From IMG/VR virus record IMGVR_UViG_3300045988_067909: 64,000 bases of DNA; one strand, written 5' to 3'. This DNA is from a virus. Below are positions 57,173 through 64,000 of this stretch, piece by piece. The position numbers were made by a program, and so were the translations under genes. Each line of letters starts with the position of its first letter. Positions within the stretch are counted from its first letter, which is position 1. The notes below the pieces were generated by a model. It saw only the letters and a list, made by a program, of their open reading frames with translations, did no database searches and was not told the DNA's origin.

Positions 57173-59272
57173 ATGGAAAATAAACAATTCTCCTTTAGTT
57201 ATATTATGGATGCTACTAATAATAAGTTGGTTACTGGTAAATGTGATATTTCCCGTAAACAATTTATGTATTCTCTAGTAGAAGATATCCGTAACCACGA
57301 AGCTAAAGGTCTACAAGAATTCTACCGTGGTGTATTATCCGCTGACGGTGATGTAGTTAAATACAAAGCCGTAAGTGAAAACTTATATAACGTATACCGT
57401 AAGAACTTAAAGTCTATTGTAGAAGCATATGGTAAATCTTACAATGATGCTGTATCTACATTAGCTTATGTAAGTTCTAAAGATAAACGTTTCTTAAAAG
57501 AATTTGCTAACCAAGCTGACTGTAAAGGACTTAAACTTAAGAAGTTATTCTTCGAAGAGTCTAAGTATACTCCAGCAGTTAAAGATGCTTTCAAATCTAT
57601 TAGCAAAATCTATGAAAACTTCTACCATAGCTCTAAAGAAGATCTTGATGGTGTGATTAAAACTATCAGTGAAAACTTCAATGTATTAGAGTCTGGTATT
57701 CGTGGTTCTGTAATGGGTAAAGAAGATCATTTGACTTATATGCAATTGATTGAGAAAGTCGAAAACCCTACTATTGAAGCTCGTGAAGTTACTTTAGAAG
57801 ACGCTAGTGAATTATTGAAAACACTAGATACTAATAAGAAAGAAAAGCTTACTGATCTTAAGACTGGTAAAGAAAATGCTATCAAAGAATATGACTATAT
57901 CTTTGGTAAATTAGATTCCATGAAGATTGGTGAAATCAATGCTGATACTGTACGTGAAGTGGCTAAACTTGAACAAGCTTTGTTACATCAATTACAAGAA
58001 ATGGCATTGACTGATTTGTATAAATACAATCATTCTATCTTCTTAGCTGAGAAAGCTATTGAATCTGATCGTGTAACTTTACTTAAAGCTATTTACTTAA
58101 CAGCACCAGAAGCCATTTCTAAAAACTCTGATATCAAATTGGCTACTTCTCTTGTAGCATTGACTTCTAGTGATAAAGATGGTTTAGCTGAATTAGAACA
58201 CTTGATCAAATTAAGCGAAACATCTGTAAATCTTGAAGCGTGTATTCTTGAAGCATCTACATTTGCTAAGAAAATTGATGTGGAAAACAAACTTCAACGA
58301 ATCAACGAAGGAGTAGCTGATAAGTTCTCTGGTTTCTTAGGTAAACTTAAAGACTTTATCAATAATATCTACACTAAATCTTCTGATTGGTTCAAGAAGT
58401 TCACTGGTATCTCTAAAGAGTATATCCAAAAGAATATGGCTGTAATGGACAAAGAGTTCAAAGCTATTAGTGATCTTAAAATGTTTGACTATGATAAAGC
58501 TAAAGCTAATATTAGCAACGCTGGCTTAATCAACAACTTATCTTCTAAGATTACTTCTGATACTCAAGCTATTGCTAGTGGCTCTAAATCTGTAGATGAT
58601 GCTGTTAAAGAATTGGAAAACTCTTTAGTTGGCAACACTGAAGGTGAAACTTTCAAAGATAAATGTAAGACATTCTTCTATGGTTCTAAAGAAGTAGTAT
58701 CTTATCAAATCAAGAATATGAAAGAATTGGCTGAGTACTGCTTAAATATCGATAACTTAACTAAGTTATTTGAATCTGATAAGAATAAAGCATTAGCTGA
58801 TGTAGACAACTTGATTAAATTGGCTAATACTAACCAACAACAAAAAGCAAATGAATCTGCGTTCTTATACAATGATCAATTATTCTTAGAAGATGATGCT
58901 AATGGTGGTAATAACCCAGCACCAGCAAATAATGGTAATCAACCATCTCAACCAGCAGCTAATAACCAACAACAAAATCAAAAGACTATCGGTAATCAAG
59001 ATAGTAAAGATTCTTTGTCTGGTAAAATCAATGAAAACCCTAATAAACCTAATGGTAGTGGTAATAATAATGTACAGCAATATGCTAAACGTGTAACTTC
59101 CACAGTGGCTACATTGATGTCTATTCGTATTGCTGCAGCTGAACGTTTTGCTTCTGATTTCTATAAAATCATTAAGCAACACGTTAAATATTACGAAGGG
59201 GATAATGGTAATAATAACCAACAACAACAAACCCAAGGTAATGATGATCAACAAAATCAACCTGCTAAGTAA
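57173..59272 (+). CDS. Large protein with Gln/Asn-rich low-complexity C-terminal tail (699 aa)
   Basis: 'NNQQQNQKTIGNQ...NNNQQQQTQGNDDQQNQPAK'. Confidence 0.6.
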   Translation: MENKQFSFSYIMDATNNKLVTGKCDISRKQFMYSLVEDIRNHEAKGLQEFYRGVLSADGDVVKYKAVSENLYNVYRKNLKSIVEAYGKSYNDAVSTLAYVSSKDKRFLKEFANQADCKGLKLKKLFFEESKYTPAVKDAFKSISKIYENFYHSSKEDLDGVIKTISENFNVLESGIRGSVMGKEDHLTYMQLIEKVENPTIEAREVTLEDASELLKTLDTNKKEKLTDLKTGKENAIKEYDYIFGKLDSMKIGEINADTVREVAKLEQALLHQLQEMALTDLYKYNHSIFLAEKAIESDRVTLLKAIYLTAPEAISKNSDIKLATSLVALTSSDKDGLAELEHLIKLSETSVNLEACILEASTFAKKIDVENKLQRINEGVADKFSGFLGKLKDFINNIYTKSSDWFKKFTGISKEYIQKNMAVMDKEFKAISDLKMFDYDKAKANISNAGLINNLSSKITSDTQAIASGSKSVDDAVKELENSLVGNTEGETFKDKCKTFFYGSKEVVSYQIKNMKELAEYCLNIDNLTKLFESDKNKALADVDNLIKLANTNQQQKANESAFLYNDQLFLEDDANGGNNPAPANNGNQPSQPAANNQQQNQKTIGNQDSKDSLSGKINENPNKPNGSGNNNVQQYAKRVTSTVATLMSIRIAAAERFASDFYKIIKQHVKYYEGDNGNNNQQQQTQGNDDQQNQPAK

Positions 59273-59283
59273 ATAAAAGAAAC

Positions 59284-59310
59284 TCCCATATAGGCAATGC
59301 CTATATGGGA
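59284..59310. terminator. Bidirectional terminator 'tcccatatagg-caatg-cctatatggga' plus 'ttcttttt'
   Basis: CAATG-family hairpin between convergent genes. Confidence 0.65.
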
Positions 59311-59320
59311 TTCTTTTTGT

Positions 59321-61612
59321 CTATTCTTTCTTTTTCCCAGAAGGAAGTTTATGGAATGTAAGAATTGTATTGGCTACAAGTGTAGTACCATTATTATCAT
59401 ATACTTCTTGTTTAGAAACTAGTATATACTCACCACTACGTGTAGTTTTTTCTGTTTCATTACTAATCATATATTTAATATTGATATTGAATATATCATT
59501 GTCCAATTCTAGCTTATGAACTGTAATAGTAGTCTTTTGTAAATCTAATGCATGTTTAATATTCTTTAAGATATTGATATTGTCATTAGGTAAACGAATA
59601 ATCTTTTGCTTAGCTAATGTCTCTACTGTATCTAAAGCAATACTTACTAAGGATTCACCATCAGAACCTATATCACCTAAGTCTTTAAAACTATCAATAG
59701 ATAATTGAGCACCTTGTTTGATTACATTAAATGTATCACGCATACTATTGAATTGCTGTCTATACATTTGCTTATTATCTATAAACATTTGCTTAGCAGA
59801 GTCGGCTTGTGATTTAAAGTCCTTAATTACCATATTGCCACCCTCAAGCAATTTATTACTAAAGTCTGTGGGTATACCCTGGGCCTTGTCTACAAACGCC
59901 TTTATCGTTGCACCAGCATTCCTATTTAGCTTGTTTGAGGCATCCATAGTCGCTGTATCTTTTGTAATTCCTTTACCATAAGCATCAGCACTAGTAAACA
60001 TCTCTTGAAATGGGGCACTAAATTTCTTTAAGTGTTTTAAATCTACTTCTTTGTATTGTCTAGAATCTACTGGGTCTTTTGGATTAATACAATATGTAAC
60101 CTTATCTGGTAAATCCATTAACGTTGTGGATATATTACCTATATTTTGAGACCAACCTACAAACCCTCTAGAGAATTGTGCCATACCTTTCTTATGTGTA
60201 GCATCAGTTTTCTCAGCATCTTTCTTAAAGTCCCAGCAAGATGTTTGTAAACTACCTAGATTATCTTGGAAGTTTATAGGCTTAATACCACCTACATAGT
60301 TTTTAGTTCCTTCGATATTATATATCTGGCCAGTATATGCTTTTACATACTCATCAAAGTTAGGTATACATTTATTGATGTATTTACCATACTTATCGTT
60401 AGCTTCATTTATCTGAGTCAGTATATTCTTTACATCATCTATTTGACCGATTTGTTGTAATGCTTCCTGTGGTAAAGATGCTATAGTTGCTTTAGTCTGA
60501 TTGTATAGATCTAGAGTAGTTGTTTTAAAATCATCAACCTGCTCTTTCATTTCAATCATTCTACCCTTAATCTCATATGTAGTTCTATGTATATTCTGGA
60601 CTACATTGCGTACTTGTCCAGAGAAGACTTTTACATTGTCCATGATATTAAGGATATTCTTATAAGCACCTAAGATACCGCCAAACCCTTTATGTTTCTT
60701 TAGGAATGATTCTTGCTTTTGTTTAGATGCATCAACTACAGCAGCGATACCTTCCATGGATTTGTCTATTAGATCATCGCTATTAAAGTTAGTATCGTTC
60801 ATAGGCACAATCATATCATACACTTTATCTGTATCATTTGTTTCTATACCACGAACCATACCATCTTCACCCATCAAAGGTTTTACATCAATCTTAATGG
60901 TTGGATATCTATCATTCTTACGTAATACAGATTTACCAGCTTTAGATACAAGATATGTATTATCAAAATCCATAAAGAATCTATAACCAGTCTCATAGAA
61001 TACTTTTACACTGTTTAAGTAGTCTAAAGACTTTGATAGGGATTCTTTTGGGGATAATATCAATTGAGGAATAGGGTCTTTATAATCAAATGGTTCCATT
61101 AGTAATGGGATACCATTATTTAATAACTGCATAACTATATCTTGCATATTAGAATTGTATACAGTTAGATTGGCTGGTTTTTGTAACGCATCAGCTAATC
61201 GCTTAGATAATAGGCCGACACGAATAAGTCTAAACTTATCTTTGTTTTCAGCTTCTTCTTTCGTTGGGGCTTTATTATCCCATTCTTTATTAGGGTTTAC
61301 ATCACCCTCAATGAGATATGTACATTCTTCTTTTATATAAGCCTCTACTATATTTGTAGTCGACTGTGTATTAGTATTCTTCTTATTAATAGTCAATATT
61401 ATAGTTGATTCTTTATTATCTTTAATCATTAAGTCAACTATATTCGTATCGACACTCATAGTCACCGTTATAATCGGCATATTAAGATCATCATATTCTT
61501 TATTGATGATAATCTGTTTTATATTCTCTTGCTCTATAGGATATGATTTTGATTCATTACCACCACGATGGTTAAAATCTATCCTAGCCATATATTCATA
61601 AGTGAGCTGCAT
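59321..61612 (-). CDS. Large hypothetical (structural?) protein (~763 aa)
   Basis: ATG at 61612 with a GAGGTGA SD 5 nt upstream. The listed ORF starts at a GTG at 61619-61621. Confidence 0.6.
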   Translation of the reverse strand: MQLTYEYMARIDFNHRGGNESKSYPIEQENIKQIIINKEYDDLNMPIITVTMSVDTNIVDLMIKDNKESTIILTINKKNTNTQSTTNIVEAYIKEECTYLIEGDVNPNKEWDNKAPTKEEAENKDKFRLIRVGLLSKRLADALQKPANLTVYNSNMQDIVMQLLNNGIPLLMEPFDYKDPIPQLILSPKESLSKSLDYLNSVKVFYETGYRFFMDFDNTYLVSKAGKSVLRKNDRYPTIKIDVKPLMGEDGMVRGIETNDTDKVYDMIVPMNDTNFNSDDLIDKSMEGIAAVVDASKQKQESFLKKHKGFGGILGAYKNILNIMDNVKVFSGQVRNVVQNIHRTTYEIKGRMIEMKEQVDDFKTTTLDLYNQTKATIASLPQEALQQIGQIDDVKNILTQINEANDKYGKYINKCIPNFDEYVKAYTGQIYNIEGTKNYVGGIKPINFQDNLGSLQTSCWDFKKDAEKTDATHKKGMAQFSRGFVGWSQNIGNISTTLMDLPDKVTYCINPKDPVDSRQYKEVDLKHLKKFSAPFQEMFTSADAYGKGITKDTATMDASNKLNRNAGATIKAFVDKAQGIPTDFSNKLLEGGNMVIKDFKSQADSAKQMFIDNKQMYRQQFNSMRDTFNVIKQGAQLSIDSFKDLGDIGSDGESLVSIALDTVETLAKQKIIRLPNDNINILKNIKHALDLQKTTITVHKLELDNDIFNINIKYMISNETEKTTRSGEYILVSKQEVYDNNGTTLVANTILTFHKLPSGKKKE

Positions 61613-61640
61613 ATGTATCACCTCAAGAAAAAAAAATAAA

Positions 61641-61668
61641 GTACAAGGACCGATAGTGGCCCTTGTAC
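61641..61668 (-). terminator. Minus-strand terminator 'gtacaagg..ccttgtac' plus 'ttattttttttcttg'
   Basis: 8-bp outer stem plus an inner GC pair. Long minus-strand T-run. Confidence 0.55.
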
Positions 61669-61682
61669 TAGAATGTTGAGGA

Positions 61683-62771
61683 TTATAGTCTAGTTAGATC
61701 TAATGGGTGGTTAGAGAAGTACTTATTATTAAGACTCTTTACCATATCAGGATCTATTAGATTTACATTCCATCTGATATCCTCAACTGGTTTACCAGCT
61801 AATATATACTTATTGTATTGATGTAGCACATCAACTGCTTTAAAGTTACTAAATACTTTATTAGGGTCTAAGTTCTTATTTAATAACTGACATAGTTCAG
61901 CTATATCAGCAAAGCTACTGATATAGTTTGTACGTTTATGTGCTAAGAACTGTGGTACTGTTTTAATAATCTTATCAGTACGTATACCTGTACCACTCAC
62001 ACTACGTTGTTTTACTCCTAATAATGCCATGATTAAACTTAAAGCATCTCTAGGGATAGTTCCAATTAGTTCTGGTTCAGATATATTACGTTTAAGACTA
62101 TCAATATATTCTAAGATACAGTTATCAATATTGATAGCTTTACACTCTAATTCGCCATATCTATACAAATGCTTAATCTGTACAGTCTGTGTCATAGATA
62201 TAGGAATCAATTGATGATTCATTACTGATCTACTTAGAATGATATTAGGATTATAGTTACCACTAGCAAACTCATCATTCATAATAGAATAGATTGATAC
62301 TGATGGATCTACTGGAGCCTCAATAAAGTATATATCAGGAAGATACTTACAAAGTATATTCAATACGTACATATTATGCTCAAGATATTCCTTGATACCT
62401 ATAGACATTTCATAATCATTTAATGAATTCTGATTATAAGTTGGTAACTCATCTACAGCGGTAGGAAAATATCCTGTAGTGTATATTAAGAAGAACTTCG
62501 TATGTACACCAAAGTATCTTCTATAGAAGTCTCTATAGTGACCAACTAAGTTAGTTATATATGCTACTAAGTCATGTTTAGCTATAAGAAGCATATTATT
62601 CTTATAGAAGTCTCTAAAGATATGATACAAGTCTATATAGATATTTAAACCTGTAGCGTCACTATTAGCAAACTCTCTAATAGTTAAATCATTTAATACA
62701 CGATAAGGAATCATATTAGATATAATGATTCCTTCTACGCTAGCTTTATATCTTGATTGTAATTCTTGCAT
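61683..62771 (-). CDS. Hypothetical protein (362 aa)
   Basis: 'ataggaggtaatagacaATG'. Confidence 0.55.
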   Translation of the reverse strand: MQELQSRYKASVEGIIISNMIPYRVLNDLTIREFANSDATGLNIYIDLYHIFRDFYKNNMLLIAKHDLVAYITNLVGHYRDFYRRYFGVHTKFFLIYTTGYFPTAVDELPTYNQNSLNDYEMSIGIKEYLEHNMYVLNILCKYLPDIYFIEAPVDPSVSIYSIMNDEFASGNYNPNIILSRSVMNHQLIPISMTQTVQIKHLYRYGELECKAINIDNCILEYIDSLKRNISEPELIGTIPRDALSLIMALLGVKQRSVSGTGIRTDKIIKTVPQFLAHKRTNYISSFADIAELCQLLNKNLDPNKVFSNFKAVDVLHQYNKYILAGKPVEDIRWNVNLIDPDMVKSLNNKYFSNHPLDLTRL

Positions 62772-62807
62772 TGTCTATTACCTCCTATAGTTATAATATA
62801 TAACTAA

Positions 62808-63221
62808 TTAGGCATTTCCACAATACTTACAATGCACAGAGTTTCTTAGTTTACGTAAACATGTATTACATATCGGAGTAGAGAATCCTTTAGGTGGAGA
62901 TGATTGTGTTTTACCACAGATGATACAAGTAAATGGTAAACGTTCTGCTTTAGCTAATCGCTCTAGACAGCTATCACAAAACATTAGTTTCATATCACGT
63001 ACATCACGTTGGTCTATCTTATGACATGCTTGACATTCAAAATCCCAATATTGTACATACCCTGGGTCTTCATTATCAAACTTACATGTTTCCCAAATAC
63101 ATCTACCATTATTATTTAAGTATACACAAGTTTTTCTTTCACATTTCTCAAACTGTTCATAAGGGGGTTGTGTATCACCCTTTAGTTTGTTTTCTTCTGA
63201 TTGACCGCTACCAAAACTCAT
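62808..63221 (-). CDS. Cys-rich multi-zinc-ribbon protein (137 aa)
   Basis: At least five CxxC pairs ('CQACH', 'CDSC', 'CIICG', 'CNTC', 'CKYCG'). Confidence 0.5.
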   Translation of the reverse strand: MSFGSGQSEENKLKGDTQPPYEQFEKCERKTCVYLNNNGRCIWETCKFDNEDPGYVQYWDFECQACHKIDQRDVRDMKLMFCDSCLERLAKAERLPFTCIICGKTQSSPPKGFSTPICNTCLRKLRNSVHCKYCGNA

Positions 63222-63838
63222 TTCTTTTCACCAGATTTCTTTTTAGAATTAGTACGTTTACGACGTTTCTTTTGTATAGGTTTCTTAGTGTCCTTATTTG
63301 GCTTTGTAACTTCACGTATAGCTTTAGTTATACCATCAATTACTTCTTTATTAGATACAGCTGCACCACTAAGTAATGGAGAGATATCTTCATGGTATTT
63401 AGGGTTCTTTTGGATATCCTTAAACTTTTCAGCCATATCTTTTATACCATTTACCGTAGAGTTAGGTGATTTTTTATACCATCTATCAATCTTAGCATCT
63501 ACTTCTTTGATTTCTTCTTTAGTTAGCTTTAGATCATCTTCATCTAACTCTAAACGACGCATTGCCTCTACTCCATATATCATAGAGTCTACTTTATCAC
63601 CATCAGTATCAGCTTTAACTTTTTCTTTAGGTGGTGCTGGTGGTCTAATAGGTTTTTTACTATCAGGAAGCTGAATAGAAATATTTTTACCAAACTGTGG
63701 TGGTGTAGTCCCTTTAGGTACAAAGAATCCTGGACCATTTGGTACTTGATATAAATCGTATTCAGGTTCTTCTTTTTTACCTCTAAGCTTTTGCCATAAT
63801 CTTTTAGCCCAGGTGTTTATAATCTGTTTCAATGTCAT
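63218..63838 (-). CDS. Basic protein with Lys/Arg-rich C-terminal tail (206 aa)
   Basis: GGAGGGAG SD. Overlaps the downstream gene by ATGA. Confidence 0.55.
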   Translation of the reverse strand: MTLKQIINTWAKRLWQKLRGKKEEPEYDLYQVPNGPGFFVPKGTTPPQFGKNISIQLPDSKKPIRPPAPPKEKVKADTDGDKVDSMIYGVEAMRRLELDEDDLKLTKEEIKEVDAKIDRWYKKSPNSTVNGIKDMAEKFKDIQKNPKYHEDISPLLSGAAVSNKEVIDGITKAIREVTKPNKDTKKPIQKKRRKRTNSKKKSGEKK

Positions 63839-63848
63839 AGTCTCCTCC

Positions 63849-64000
63849 CTATTTAATAATATAATCTATCTCTTTAGTTATACCTTGATTCTCTAAAGAT
63901 TTAGATATACCTTTGGCTTGTTTCTTAGTATATACTTTATCCATAAAGTATATATCTATTTCAACTCTAGGTTTTACTGAATAGAATCGTCTTACTGAAC
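63849..64000 (-). CDS. 3' end of a minus-strand gene whose start lies beyond the window (partial)
   Basis: Open frame ending at a TAG at ~63849 ('...GITKEIDYIIK*'). Confidence 0.3.
   Translation of the reverse strand, partial: SVRRFYSVKPRVEIDIYFMDKVYTKKQAKGISKSLENQGITKEIDYIIK

Noticed and set aside
63201-63674. 157-aa hydrophobic plus-strand ORF
   Set aside because: It overlaps the well-supported minus-strand basic-protein gene (63218..63838, with SD). Its composition is low-complexity Ser/Leu/Phe, typical of antisense frames in AT-rich DNA.
1-64000. CRISPR array, integrase, transposase or IS elements
   Set aside because: No regularly spaced direct repeats, and no DDE- or tyrosine/serine-recombinase-like ORFs. 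The repeats present are palindromic terminators and one duplicated leader.
1-64000. Phage-nucleus markers (PhuZ tubulin 'GGGTGSG', chimallin) expected in phiKZ-like phages
   Set aside because: No tubulin signature was found. The 584-aa abundant protein (11556..13310) has an acidic low-complexity N-terminal half, unlike chimallins. These genes are probably outside this window.

Overview
This window is AT-rich DNA (roughly one-third GC by eye) that reads as a large virulent 'jumbo' phage genome of the phiKZ-like kind.

Basis for that reading:
- Coding density is close to complete.
- Genes sit in alternating strand blocks.
- Almost every gene has a strong AAGGAGG-type Shine-Dalgarno site.
- Many genes end in GC-poor palindromic hairpin terminators.
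- No rRNA, tRNA, CRISPR array, integrase or transposase is recognisable.

Products I can recognise from motifs:
- a large terminase subunit (Walker A 'PRQQGKT')
- a multisubunit-RNAP beta-prime subunit split into an N-terminal gene (15111..16790; 'IDLHGRFLAPLVYKIW', 'LIIPPYYRD..DGG', catalytic 'DYDGD') and a C-terminal gene (20017..22143; 'CYRCYGK...EFTQVLLSAKH')
- between those two genes, on the opposite strand, a family-B DNA polymerase fragment with motifs B and C but no motif A or exonuclease part
- an SF2 DEAH helicase
- a DnaG-type primase (zinc ribbon plus TOPRIM)
- a GroEL-like chaperonin ('VGDGTTSATLLA')
- a radical-SAM/SPASM enzyme translationally coupled to a small upstream ORF
- a YdbC/PC4-like ssDNA-binding protein
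- a zinc-finger PD-(D/E)xK nuclease
- a P-loop kinase-like protein
- an HExxH protein
- several extremely acidic proteins, one of them built from 111-bp tandem repeats
- a probable major capsid protein (696 aa, extreme codon bias) and other highly expressed, presumably virion, proteins.

Non-coding structure that stands out:
- a family of sequence-conserved terminator palindromes (core TATAGG-CAATG-CCTATA)
- two tandem mini-cassettes that share a ~135-bp leader with a conserved hairpin and a 14-nt anti-16S Shine-Dalgarno site, each driving a different ~60-aa ORF
- a ~690-bp non-coding island with nested palindromes
- palindromic operator-like sites.

All coordinates for hairpins and repeats are my own counts and may be off by a few nucleotides. 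All functional calls are motif-level inferences without database searches.
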